A stretch of DNA of 64,000 nt from Clostridia bacterium. GTDB taxonomy: Bacteria; Bacillota; Clostridia; CAKSNL01; HGM11501. Numbering within the stretch: the stretch's first letter is position 1; every line of letters starts with the position of its first letter. The notes under the pieces were generated by a model. That model saw only the letters and a program-made list of their open reading frames with translations. It was not told the origin of the DNA and made no database searches. The stretch lies in contig JAZQAZ010000023.1 of NCBI GenBank assembly GCA_045545475.1, positions 1 through 64,000 of the forward strand. The letters are read 5' to 3'. The position numbers and the translations under genes were made by a program. Below are positions 55,539 through 64,000 of this stretch, in pieces.

Positions 55539-55731
55539 GAAAAAAGTTAATTTTTTTTAATTTTTTTTATTTTTAACTAAATTCCATAATAATTCCTCAC
55601 ATACGGAACAAATCCGGATGTAAAAATTATATACTTCGGGTATATAATCACACATTTCTTTTTAATATATATTTAAAAGGAAGCTTTTCGTTATTTTTTC
55701 TATATACAGATAAAATAAATTAAAATTACTA

Positions 55732-55760
55732 TTGATAAATTGTTTTTTTTGGTGTATAAT
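55732..55760 (+). promoter_or_regulatory. sigmaA promoter of the SRP RNA gene
   Basis: TTGATA-17 nt-TATAAT. Confidence 0.75.
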
Positions 55761-55766
55761 AAAAAA

Positions 55767-56036
55767 GTCGTACCGGTCGGGGTGGTAGCGGTGCCCTGTA
55801 GCCCTCAATCCGCTATAGTGGGGACGATCTCCTTTAGGAGGGAACTTCGGTGTATGGCAGGCTTATATCAAGGGCTGTGACGGCCTGGTCCTGCGCAATG
55901 ACGAGCCGTGAACCTTGTCAGGTGGGGAACCAAGCAGCAATAAGCGGTGTCCGTCATGTGCCGCGGGGGCGCCTGGCCTGAGCTTTTTGATATAAATACC
56001 GCATGCATTAAAGTTTCCGACTAAAGGATGTACGAC
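55767..56036 (+). ncRNA. ffs: Large bacterial signal recognition particle RNA (scRNA with Alu domain)
   Basis: GGGGTGGTAGCGGTGCCCTGTA...AATCCGCTATAG (Alu domain), GTCCTGCGCAATG, GAACC.TGTCAGGT..GGAA..AAGCAGCA (helix 8), CATGTGCCGC; ends GTCGTAC/GTACGAC pair; canonical position upstream of dnaX. Confidence 0.95.
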
Positions 56037-56109
56037 TTTTTTAGTATCCAAATTTCAATAAAGAAATTTGGATACGGACATTTCGAAAAAACAAAAAGGA
56101 GGCATTACC

Positions 56110-57816
56110 GTGAGTGAACACATCGCTTTATACAGAAAGTGGAGACCTTTAACATTTTCAGACGTTATCGGCCAGGAGCATATTACCCGCACACTTCAAA
56201 ACGAAGTCACATCGGGCAAAACCGGTCATGCCTTTTTATTCTGCGGAGGACGAGGAACAGGCAAAACCTCCACGGCAAGAATTTTATCCAGGGCACTTAA
56301 CTGTCTTTCACCGGTTAACGGAGACCCATGCAACGAATGTAGTGCCTGCAAGGGAATTTTATCCGGAGAAATAATGGACATTATAGAAATCGATGCTGCC
56401 AGTAACAACGGCGTAGATAATATAAGAGACTTGCGAAGCGAAGCCAGATTCGCTGCTGCAGAAGCTAAGTATAAGGTTTATATAATCGACGAGGTACATA
56501 TGCTTTCAGGCGGTGCATTCAACGCCCTATTAAAGCTCCTCGAAGAGCCTCCCGAAGGAGTAATCTTCATATTGGCAACCACAGAAACCCATAAAGTTCC
56601 AGCCACTATACTCTCCCGTTGTCAGAGATTTGACTTCAGAAGAATAACGGCAGATGATATCGCCTCCCGAATAGCATACGTTGCCCGTGAGGAGAACATT
56701 TCCGTGGACGAAGGTGCAGTACACTTAATCGCAAGATGTGCAGATGGTGCTCTTCGTGACGCCCTGAGCCTTCTTGACCAATGCAGTGCAATCTCGGACA
56801 GCGTTACAGAAGAAGGAGTATATTCCCTACTCGGCCTTACAGAAAAGAATTTTCTGTACAGGACCGTGCGTTCCATAGCGACAAACGACGCCAAAAGAAC
56901 ACTATCCATGGTTGACGATTTCATAGCATCCGGAAAAAGTGCTTCAAAATTTATAGATTCTCTGACAGATTACTTCACAACACTTTTACGATTTGCGGTT
57001 TCCGAAACGGTATTTTCAGACTATACAGATGAAGAAAAGGAAGAATTTCGCCTTGCCTCTACAGAGATGACGAAAGAACGAATGATGTTTTGCATCGACA
57101 CTCTCCTTAAGGCATCTTCCGATTTGCGGTTTATGACAAACGACAGAATTATGCTGGATATCGCTGTTATAAAAATGTGCAATCCCATATATGCTTCCGG
57201 CGAAGATGCGGTAATTTTAAGGCTGTCTGAACTGGAAAGAAAGATAGCATCAGGAATTGCCTTTGCTCCGGAAGAGACTTCGACACCTTCACCCGCGGAC
57301 GCTCCTACCCCTGCAAAAAAGCAAAAGATTATAAGAAAAACAGAGCCGACAAGCGAGGAAATAAAGGCAATAAGCGACAAATGGAAAGACATTTGTAAAG
57401 ACACACGTAATATCAAGCTCTTAATTGCCCTTGAGCGTTCAAGTGTGCGTGAAGACGAAGGAAACCTCGTTCTCCTTTTTGATGATACGGATAAGATAAT
57501 GCTTGACATTTTAGCTCAGGAGGACACCAAAACGGCTCTTTCCGAGCTCATAGTGAAGCATACAGGACTTTCTCCCAAAATCATAGCACGGCTTGCAAGC
57601 TATTACGAAGACGAAGCTGGTATAGCGGAGGAAGACCCTCTTAATCTTATAGAAGCAGACGGTGAAGAAAATACCGAAGAAGTCCAAAGCGAGGCTTCAA
57701 CATCACCTGATGCACCTCCCCCTCCTGCAGTAGAGGAGGAGGAAGACGAGGACGACAGCGAAGAAGAGTTTTCATTTGAAGAGAATGATGACGATGATGA
57801 ACACGAAGAATTTTGA
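56110..57816 (+). CDS. dnaX: DNA polymerase III subunit gamma/tau
   Basis: [32 protein letters not shown] and SRCQRFDF; GTG start after GGAGG. Confidence 0.97.
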   Translation: MSEHIALYRKWRPLTFSDVIGQEHITRTLQNEVTSGKTGHAFLFCGGRGTGKTSTARILSRALNCLSPVNGDPCNECSACKGILSGEIMDIIEIDAASNNGVDNIRDLRSEARFAAAEAKYKVYIIDEVHMLSGGAFNALLKLLEEPPEGVIFILATTETHKVPATILSRCQRFDFRRITADDIASRIAYVAREENISVDEGAVHLIARCADGALRDALSLLDQCSAISDSVTEEGVYSLLGLTEKNFLYRTVRSIATNDAKRTLSMVDDFIASGKSASKFIDSLTDYFTTLLRFAVSETVFSDYTDEEKEEFRLASTEMTKERMMFCIDTLLKASSDLRFMTNDRIMLDIAVIKMCNPIYASGEDAVILRLSELERKIASGIAFAPEETSTPSPADAPTPAKKQKIIRKTEPTSEEIKAISDKWKDICKDTRNIKLLIALERSSVREDEGNLVLLFDDTDKIMLDILAQEDTKTALSELIVKHTGLSPKIIARLASYYEDEAGIAEEDPLNLIEADGEENTEEVQSEASTSPDAPPPPAVEEEEDEDDSEEEFSFEENDDDDEHEEF

Positions 57817-57836
57817 TTTTTGAAAGGATGATTATT

Positions 57837-58196
57837 ATGGCAAAAGGCGGATTTCCCGGCGGTGGAAGATACGGTGCAATGGGCGGAGGAAACATGAATC
57901 AGATGCTTAAGCAGGCACAAAAAATGCAGGCCGAAATGATGAAAGCACAGGAAGAAATGGAAGTAACCGAATACAGTGCAACTGTTGGCGGAGGAGTTGT
58001 TACGGCAACAGTTTCCGGAAAAAAGACCCTCCTTTCGCTCACGATAGCCCCCGAAGCAGTTGATCCGGATGATGTTGAAATGCTTCAGGATTTGGTTATT
58101 TCCGCAGTTAACGAAGCAATGAAAAAGGCGGACGATGCTGCCATGAGTTCAATGAGCAAATTAACCGGCGGCATGAATATTCCCGGTCTTTTCTAA
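57837..58196 (+). CDS. ybaB: YbaB/EbfC nucleoid-associated protein
   Basis: KQAQKMQ, GGGVV and [16 protein letters not shown]; dnaX-ybaB-recR synteny. Confidence 0.93.
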   Translation: MAKGGFPGGGRYGAMGGGNMNQMLKQAQKMQAEMMKAQEEMEVTEYSATVGGGVVTATVSGKKTLLSLTIAPEAVDPDDVEMLQDLVISAVNEAMKKADDAAMSSMSKLTGGMNIPGLF

Positions 58197-58204
58197 GGTG
58201 AATT

Positions 58205-58798
58205 ATGTATATAGCACCACTTGCCGCATTGATTGAGCATTTTGAAAGGCTCCCCGGAATAGGCCACAAAACGGCTGTTCGTTTAAGTTTCAGCGTTTTG
58301 TCCTCCACCGATGAAGAAGCAAAAAGCTTTGCCGATGCCATACTTAATGCAAAAAGTTCCATACATTATTGCAGCATATGCCAGGATTTAACCGATGGAG
58401 ATACCTGCAGAATATGTCAAAGCCCGAAACGTGATAAGAGCATAATCTGTGTGGTAGAAGGTCCGAAAGATGTTCTGGCTATGGAAAAAACAGGCGAATT
58501 CAACGGCCTTTACCATGTACTTCACGGAGTTATTTCCCCGATGGACGGAATAGGCCCTGAGGATATTAAGGCAAAAGAGCTTGTTGCCCGTCTTTCATCC
58601 GACGAGGTTAAAGAAGTAATCATGGCCACAAACTTGACTGTTGAAGGCGAAGCCACTGCAACATACCTTGCACGACTTATAAAACCCACAGGCGTAAAGG
58701 TAACAAGAATTGCCAGAGGAGTTCCCGTAGGAGGGGACCTTGAATATGTGGACGAGGTAACCCTTACCATGGCCCTCGAAGGCAGAAGAGAGATATAA
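58205..58798 (+). CDS. recR: Recombination mediator RecR
   Basis: [10 protein letters not shown]4 zinc finger, YHVLHG, EGEATA and [16 protein letters not shown]. Confidence 0.98.
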   Translation: MYIAPLAALIEHFERLPGIGHKTAVRLSFSVLSSTDEEAKSFADAILNAKSSIHYCSICQDLTDGDTCRICQSPKRDKSIICVVEGPKDVLAMEKTGEFNGLYHVLHGVISPMDGIGPEDIKAKELVARLSSDEVKEVIMATNLTVEGEATATYLARLIKPTGVKVTRIARGVPVGGDLEYVDEVTLTMALEGRREI

Positions 58799-58831
58799 AA
58801 AATACGGTGTGAATTTCACACCGTATTTTTT
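58797..58831. terminator. Bidirectional terminator between recR and htpX
   Basis: AAAAAATACGGTGTGAA-t-TTCACACCGTATTTTTT. Confidence 0.8.
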
Positions 58832-59706
58832 TATTTCATACTCATTAATGCTTCTACTCTTTTTTCTATCGGCGGGTGCGTAGAAAAAAGATTTGAAAGT
58901 TTTTTCATGGGATCGGAAATATACATTCCTTCAGTCGCCTTATTTGCTCGCATAACAGGCGTCGGATTACCGCTTATCTTAAGAAGTGCCGAAGCAAGAG
59001 CCTCCGGTCTTCCGGTAAGGTCAGCCGCCGTGGCATCTGCAAGGTATTCCCTGTTTCTGGACAAGCACATCCTAAGGAGCTGTCCGGCAATAGGTGCAAA
59101 TATCATAAGAACAAGTCCGATTATAGCAAGAATTCCGTTTCCGGAATTTCTGTCCGACCTTCTTCTTCCCCCGCCCCATAAAAGACTACGGGAGAAAATA
59201 TCCGAAATTATTATAATAGCACCAACCATTATGGATGCAACCGTCTGAAGCAGGATATCATAATTCTTTATGTGCCCCACTTCATGAGCCAGCACGCCTC
59301 TAAGCTCATCCTGATCCAATGTGTTAAGCAGTCCTCTCGTAACAGCGACAGCAGAATGTGAAGGATTTCTTCCGGTTGCAAAGGCATTGGGTGAATTATC
59401 CTCTATCACATAAAGTTCGGGCATAGGAAGTCCTGCCTCTGTGCATATACCCGAAACAACGCTTCTCAAATATACCTCGTCATTCCCCGTAGCTTTTTTA
59501 GCTCCATTTGAAGCAAGAGCGATTTTAGCCGAATTCCAATAGGACAAGAGCGATGTTCCGATTGATATTACACCGGCTATCACGATGGCATAGTTGCCAT
59601 ACCCCATGCTATCCGCCACAAAATATACCAGAAGATATAAAAGCACAGCGATAACGCCGACAATAATTCCTGTTTTTATTTTATTTTTAGCTATTGCAAA
59701 ACCCAT
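58831..59706 (-). CDS. htpX: M48 family zinc metalloprotease HtpX
   Basis: PNAFATGR, VLAHEVGH, SRNREYLAD and FSTHPP. Confidence 0.93.
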   Translation of the reverse strand: MGFAIAKNKIKTGIIVGVIAVLLYLLVYFVADSMGYGNYAIVIAGVISIGTSLLSYWNSAKIALASNGAKKATGNDEVYLRSVVSGICTEAGLPMPELYVIEDNSPNAFATGRNPSHSAVAVTRGLLNTLDQDELRGVLAHEVGHIKNYDILLQTVASIMVGAIIIISDIFSRSLLWGGGRRRSDRNSGNGILAIIGLVLMIFAPIAGQLLRMCLSRNREYLADATAADLTGRPEALASALLKISGNPTPVMRANKATEGMYISDPMKKLSNLFSTHPPIEKRVEALMSMK

Positions 59707-59717
59707 TTTATACTCCT

Positions 59718-61901
59718 TTATACATACTGAATAAACATATATTCGCCGGCAGGAACTATTTTTGTTTCATCGCTGATGATAATTTCCGTTTCAACGGGTG
59801 TTTCAATTTCATAGCGGATGAATCCTTCATCTTCATAAGTCCACTTGGATCGAACTTTTCCCTTTCTTGTTTCGATGGATGCCTCCAAGTAGCCGAGTCT
59901 CTTATCGGGAGTAGGCTTAATTAATATCTTTTCAAACCCGGGAGCTTCTTCGCATCTGTTAATACCTGCGGCAACCATATATACCCAGTCAGCCACTGCA
60001 CCGTATGCATAATGATTGAATGAGTTCATATTTGTACTCCAGAATGTGCCGTCTGCTTTCTTTCCGTCCCAGTGCTCCCATATGGTGGTTGCACCCATGT
60101 TAACAGAGAAGAGCCAGGAAGGATATTCCTCCTGAAGAAGGATGCTGTATGCCACATCCGCATAGCCGTTCTGTGAAAGAGCGTGAAGAAGATAAGGTGT
60201 TCCCACAAAGCCTGTTGTAAGCTTGTTTCCGTTTGCCTTAACCAAACAAGCTAAGCTCTTTGCGGTTTTCTTCATATCCTTTGCAAGCTTGAAGTAAAGG
60301 GCGATTGCATGCTCAGTCTGAGTTTTGTAATCATCATTCCATACTTCCCGGAATTTCTTTACAATGTTCTTGTAAAGCTTTTCGTACTTTTCAACATCCT
60401 TGCCCAGGATTTTACCGGCTTTGATAACCAGAGATGTGGAATAAGCATAATAACCCTGTGCGATTAAGTCTTCACGGCTTGAACCCTTGTAGCTTCCCTC
60501 GGGAGCGTCGATTCCCAGCCAGTCACCATACTGATGATGCCCCTTAAACATATACTTTTCCGTGGTTACGCTTGTCATATAGTCAACATACTTGTGCATT
60601 GATTCGAACTGGTCGGAAAGTATCTTCTTGTTTCCGTAGGTAAGATATACCTCCCAGGGGCAGATTGTCGCCGCATCGCCCCAGGCTGCACCTGAGGAAC
60701 GGAGAGACTTCTTGTTTGCTTCGGGAAGTCCCTTGAAATAGAAGGGGACCATCTTGGGAACTCCGCCGTCTTCACCGGATGCCGCCTCCAAGTCGTGAAG
60801 CCACTTTGTAAAGAACTTTTCAACGTCATAGTTAAATGTTGCTGTACGGCAGAACACCTGAGTATCACCCGTCCATCCCATACGCTCATTTCTCTGGGGG
60901 CAATCCGTGGGAACATCAAGATAGTTATCCTTCTGACCCCAGAAAATGTTATCAAAAAGTCTGTTAAGCTTTTTGTTGGAGCTGTTTAAGTAACCGGTTT
61001 TCTTCATGTCTGAGTATACACAGATACCTGTGAAGTTGTCAGGATTTACTTTTCTTCCCGGATGCTTTATGAGTCTTATATATCTGAATGCCTGGAAGGA
61101 GAACTTTGGCTTATATGTGTTAAGCCCTTCCCTGCAGGTGTAGTCAGTAAGCGTTTTTGCCGTACGGTAGTTTTCACGGTAAAAGTTTCCGTCTTTATCA
61201 AGAATTTCACCGCAGTCAAAGATAAGCTTTTCGCCTTCCTTTGCCTCAACGGAAAATTCCACATAACCTGTCATATTCTGACCGAAGTCCAGAATTTTTT
61301 CGCCGTTGGGTGCTTTTATAAGGGTGGGCTTTATTATCTCGTGCTCTGTTATTTTCTCACCTTCCTGGGGAATCAATACCTTTTTGCTCCATTTGGTGAA
61401 TTTTGCATTTACGCCTTTTTTGTCGTTAAAACGGGCATCGATTGTTTCACCATGGTAGATGTCGGTATAGAGAATAGTGCTTCTCTTTGTCTTCCATGTT
61501 TCATCGGTTTCGATTTTTTCTTCCGTTCCGTCTTCATATGTAATATCAATATCTCCGATTATTGCGATGGGCGGTGTAATCTGATAGCCTTTCTCGATTC
61601 TTGCAATTGAACCACTCATCCATCCCGGACCGACTTCTACTTCAACAAGACTCTTTTTACGAATCATAGACGTTACATCGTATGTCTGATACTGAATTCT
61701 CTTTTCATACTGTGTCCAGCCTGGAGCAAGAACAAAATCTCCCACTCTTTCCCCGTCAATTCTGGCCTCATACACGCCGAGTGCAGTAAGGGTAAAGCTT
61801 GCTTTCTTTACTTTTTTGGCTAAATCCAACTTTTTATAAAATATAACTGCAGTACCTTGTTCATATTCTGCCGCATGTGTTATCCAGTTCGCTTTTATCA
61901 T
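59718..61901 (-). CDS. GH78 alpha-L-rhamnosidase-like glycoside hydrolase
   Basis: TALGVYE, DFGQN, PTDCPQRNERMGWTGD, GATTIWEHWD and SFNHYAYG. Confidence 0.93.
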   Translation of the reverse strand: MIKANWITHAAEYEQGTAVIFYKKLDLAKKVKKASFTLTALGVYEARIDGERVGDFVLAPGWTQYEKRIQYQTYDVTSMIRKKSLVEVEVGPGWMSGSIARIEKGYQITPPIAIIGDIDITYEDGTEEKIETDETWKTKRSTILYTDIYHGETIDARFNDKKGVNAKFTKWSKKVLIPQEGEKITEHEIIKPTLIKAPNGEKILDFGQNMTGYVEFSVEAKEGEKLIFDCGEILDKDGNFYRENYRTAKTLTDYTCREGLNTYKPKFSFQAFRYIRLIKHPGRKVNPDNFTGICVYSDMKKTGYLNSSNKKLNRLFDNIFWGQKDNYLDVPTDCPQRNERMGWTGDTQVFCRTATFNYDVEKFFTKWLHDLEAASGEDGGVPKMVPFYFKGLPEANKKSLRSSGAAWGDAATICPWEVYLTYGNKKILSDQFESMHKYVDYMTSVTTEKYMFKGHHQYGDWLGIDAPEGSYKGSSREDLIAQGYYAYSTSLVIKAGKILGKDVEKYEKLYKNIVKKFREVWNDDYKTQTEHAIALYFKLAKDMKKTAKSLACLVKANGNKLTTGFVGTPYLLHALSQNGYADVAYSILLQEEYPSWLFSVNMGATTIWEHWDGKKADGTFWSTNMNSFNHYAYGAVADWVYMVAAGINRCEEAPGFEKILIKPTPDKRLGYLEASIETRKGKVRSKWTYEDEGFIRYEIETPVETEIIISDETKIVPAGEYMFIQYV

Positions 61902-61931
61902 AAACGTCTCCTCCTTTAATAAGTTACCTTG

Positions 61932-61982
61932 ATTATACTCTTTTATTTACCTCTTGTCAATCAAAAGGCTTTATGTTAGAAT
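61932..61982. promoter_or_regulatory. Overlapping divergent sigmaA promoters (GH78 and MBL hydrolase)
   Basis: Minus: TTGACA (61960-61955)-17-TATAAT (61937-61932). Plus: TTGTCA (61954)-17-TAGAAT (61977) with TG extension. Confidence 0.6.
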
Positions 61983-62013
61983 AAATTTAATATATAATAA
62001 AGGATGTTTTTCT

Positions 62014-62817
62014 ATGACAGAATTTTATTTACTAAAAAACAACTCAAACGGTCAGATGATGGGGCTTTTGTTCCGTGACGATGAAAACATAATAATTTTC
62101 GACGGTGGCACAGGCGGTGACTCTATCGGAATTTTATCCCTGCTCGAAGACTTGGGCGTATCACATATAGATGCCTGGTTTTTCACCCATCCTCATCCCG
62201 ACCATACTTTTGCATTCCGTGACATTTTATTAAACCACAAGGAAATTTCCGTTGGGAAAGTTTTAAGGAAATTTCCATCTCCCGAATTTATAAAGGAGCA
62301 CACCAAAAGAGGAGAATATGAATACAACGCCCTTGTGGAATTCAACAAGCTTGAAGACAAGCGTTTCGCATCTTTTAAAAAAGGTAATGTTTTCCACATC
62401 GGAAAATTCAAAATTGAAATAATGAGGGTTTTCAATCCTGAAATAACAAGCGATGTGGCAAATAACTCCTCTGCCGTTTTTAAGGTGACGGGCGAAAACA
62501 AAACTGTTCTTATCCTCGGTGACTTAGGAATTGAGGCAGGGCACGAAGTTATGGAAATGTATGGGCCCGAAAGCCTTGAAGCCGACTACACCCAAATGGC
62601 ACACCACGGGCAAAACGGAGTTGACAAATCATTTTATGAAAAATTCACTCCGAAGGCTTGTTTATGGGCTTCTCCCTCCTGGCTTTGGGACAACGACCAG
62701 GGAAACGGCTTTGACACAGGAATTTACAACACTGTAAGGACAAGGGAATGGATGGCAGAACTCGGCGTAACAGAGCATTATGTCGAAAAAGACGGCCCTA
62801 TCAGACTGGAAATATAA
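62014..62817 (+). CDS. MBL-fold metallo-hydrolase (ComEC C-terminal-like)
   Basis: FDGG, THPHPDH, NNSS, LGD and QMAHHG; start moved to MTEFYL after AAAGGA. Confidence 0.85.
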   Translation: MTEFYLLKNNSNGQMMGLLFRDDENIIIFDGGTGGDSIGILSLLEDLGVSHIDAWFFTHPHPDHTFAFRDILLNHKEISVGKVLRKFPSPEFIKEHTKRGEYEYNALVEFNKLEDKRFASFKKGNVFHIGKFKIEIMRVFNPEITSDVANNSSAVFKVTGENKTVLILGDLGIEAGHEVMEMYGPESLEADYTQMAHHGQNGVDKSFYEKFTPKACLWASPSWLWDNDQGNGFDTGIYNTVRTREWMAELGVTEHYVEKDGPIRLEI

Positions 62818-62851
62818 AAAGCTTTGCAGCCAAAGGCTGCAAAGCTTTTTT
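62816..62851. terminator. Bidirectional terminator
   Basis: AAAAGCTTTGCAGCC-aaa-GGCTGCAAAGCTTTT. Confidence 0.8.
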
Positions 62852-62853
62852 TG

Positions 62854-64000
62854 TTATTCATTTGATATAGTAATTGTCTGTGTTGCACCGTCCCATGCCA
62901 CCTTGTATCCCATATTTTCTGATACAAAACGCAGAGGAATAAAAGTTCTTCCTTCCTTTATTATAGGGGCAACCTGTGCATTATAGCGAGTATCGTTGAT
63001 ATACACTCTGTCATCCTCAATCTGGAAGAGCATAAGGTCTTCTCTTTCGGTTATAACCTCAATCTTCTGGTCGTATTCGATCCAGTTGATGGAAGCACCC
63101 ATCTGCTCTAAAAGTCCTCTTAAGGGAATCATGGTGTAATTGTTATAGATAAACGGAGCTACATCAGTTGTAACAATCTTCTTTTCTCCATCCTTGTTTA
63201 CTATAATGTCTTTAGAACCAATCTGAAGCACATAGCTTACATCGTCTTCCAGAGCCTCTCTCTTATAATCGCCCTCGGTCTGATAGAACTTGAATTCGCC
63301 GCAGGTTGCATAGTTTCCTCTACCCTTTAATACGATGACTCTTATATACTTTGCCTTTATAGGCTCATCAAACATAAAAGTCTTGGGGTCGGTACTATCA
63401 CTTTCCATAACGTAGCTATCATAGAATTCATAATTCTTTCCGTCAAGGGAATATTCTATTTCAATATCCTCAAAATGTCCCGTCAGGTTTCCGTCAAGCC
63501 TTGGCTGATAGCCGAAACCGCTCAACGTATAAGCATAACCTAGGTTGAAATCAATTGTTATGGGAAGTCTGTCGGAGTTATTTGTGATTTCGGAGTGATA
63601 GTAGCTTTCGCTGTTACCGTCTATCATAAGGGAAGAAGGCTGATTTTCAATCTTATCTGTCTTAACACTTATACCGGGGAACTGCACTGCAACATAGGAA
63701 TATTCGTCGGATTTTTCAATCAAATCCTTGGCCGTAATGGTCTTAAGAGAAGGATTTTCCTTTATAAGGCGTATCTCACCTGCACTTCCGTAAGCGTCAC
63801 GGGCGTGTACGAGTACAAGCTTAACTGCCTTTGCCTTGATATTGGTGTTGAAGTAAACAGTTTTCGCCTTTTCATTGTATGCCCAGGCTCCTTCTGCCAC
63901 TTTCTTGAAGCTTTCTCCATCGGGAGAAACGTGTATTTCATACTCTGTGCAAACGCCTGCACCCAGGCCCTTTCTGGGATAGTAGCGGTATCCTGAAACA
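62854..64000 (-). CDS. Cell-surface protein with F5/8 type C (CBM32-like) domains and C-terminal copper amine oxidase N-terminal-like (stalk) domain; 5' part outside the window
   Basis: Frame stays open to the window edge (VSGYRYYPRKG...EYEIHVSPDG); second repeat MIDGN..YYHS..GFGYQPR..YSLDG..AKYIRV; C-terminal APFI..TMIPLR and GRTFIPLRFVSE. Confidence 0.85.
   Translation of the reverse strand, partial: VSGYRYYPRKGLGAGVCTEYEIHVSPDGESFKKVAEGAWAYNEKAKTVYFNTNIKAKAVKLVLVHARDAYGSAGEIRLIKENPSLKTITAKDLIEKSDEYSYVAVQFPGISVKTDKIENQPSSLMIDGNSESYYHSEITNNSDRLPITIDFNLGYAYTLSGFGYQPRLDGNLTGHFEDIEIEYSLDGKNYEFYDSYVMESDSTDPKTFMFDEPIKAKYIRVIVLKGRGNYATCGEFKFYQTEGDYKREALEDDVSYVLQIGSKDIIVNKDGEKKIVTTDVAPFIYNNYTMIPLRGLLEQMGASINWIEYDQKIEVITEREDLMLFQIEDDRVYINDTRYNAQVAPIIKEGRTFIPLRFVSENMGYKVAWDGATQTITISNE

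Noticed and set aside
55767-56036. GC-rich structured intergenic region as a novel ncRNA or riboswitch
   Set aside because: It is the known large SRP RNA at its canonical position before dnaX.
55863-56051. 62-aa minus-strand ORF
   Set aside because: Antisense to the SRP RNA gene.
62854-63900. 348-aa ORF as a complete gene
   Set aside because: The frame stays open to the window edge, so the listed start is an internal GTG of a longer gene.

Overview
Chromosomal window from a low-GC Gram-positive bacterium of class Clostridia, judged from SLH-domain S-layer proteins, a large Alu-containing SRP RNA, trmFO, DUF1858 and sigmaA TTGACA-N17-TATAAT promoters; probably an uncultured gut or rumen lineage (inference). 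The left half (1-34 kb) is carbohydrate-accessory. It holds an operon of three tandem GH2 paralogs plus an unassigned GH-like gene, a PIG-L/GtrA/glycerate kinase operon, and a TAXI-TRAP transporter whose permease carries a C-terminal TM-coiled coil-LysM extension. It also holds a ~16 kb island with two separately regulated modules built alike: aminotransferase first, hairpin, Gfo/Idh/MocA oxidoreductase, and a ceramidase-like amidase; candidate ROK and DeoR operators are readable in the DNA. This island is the best candidate for an undescribed system, most plausibly catabolism of rare (N-acyl)amino sugars, with biosynthesis of an amino or imino sugar as the alternative. The right half is mostly housekeeping (rpsB-tsf, dprA-topA-trmFO, greA, tRNA-modification genes, tagA, tmk, two S-layer genes, ffs-dnaX-ybaB-recR, htpX, GH78). 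dnaX contains an in-frame A_AAA_AAG slippery site at an E. coli-like position. No CRISPR array, tRNA, rRNA, transposase or prophage was seen. All family calls come from motif recognition by eye; no database searches were run. Several start codons were moved from the ORF track to SD-supported starts.
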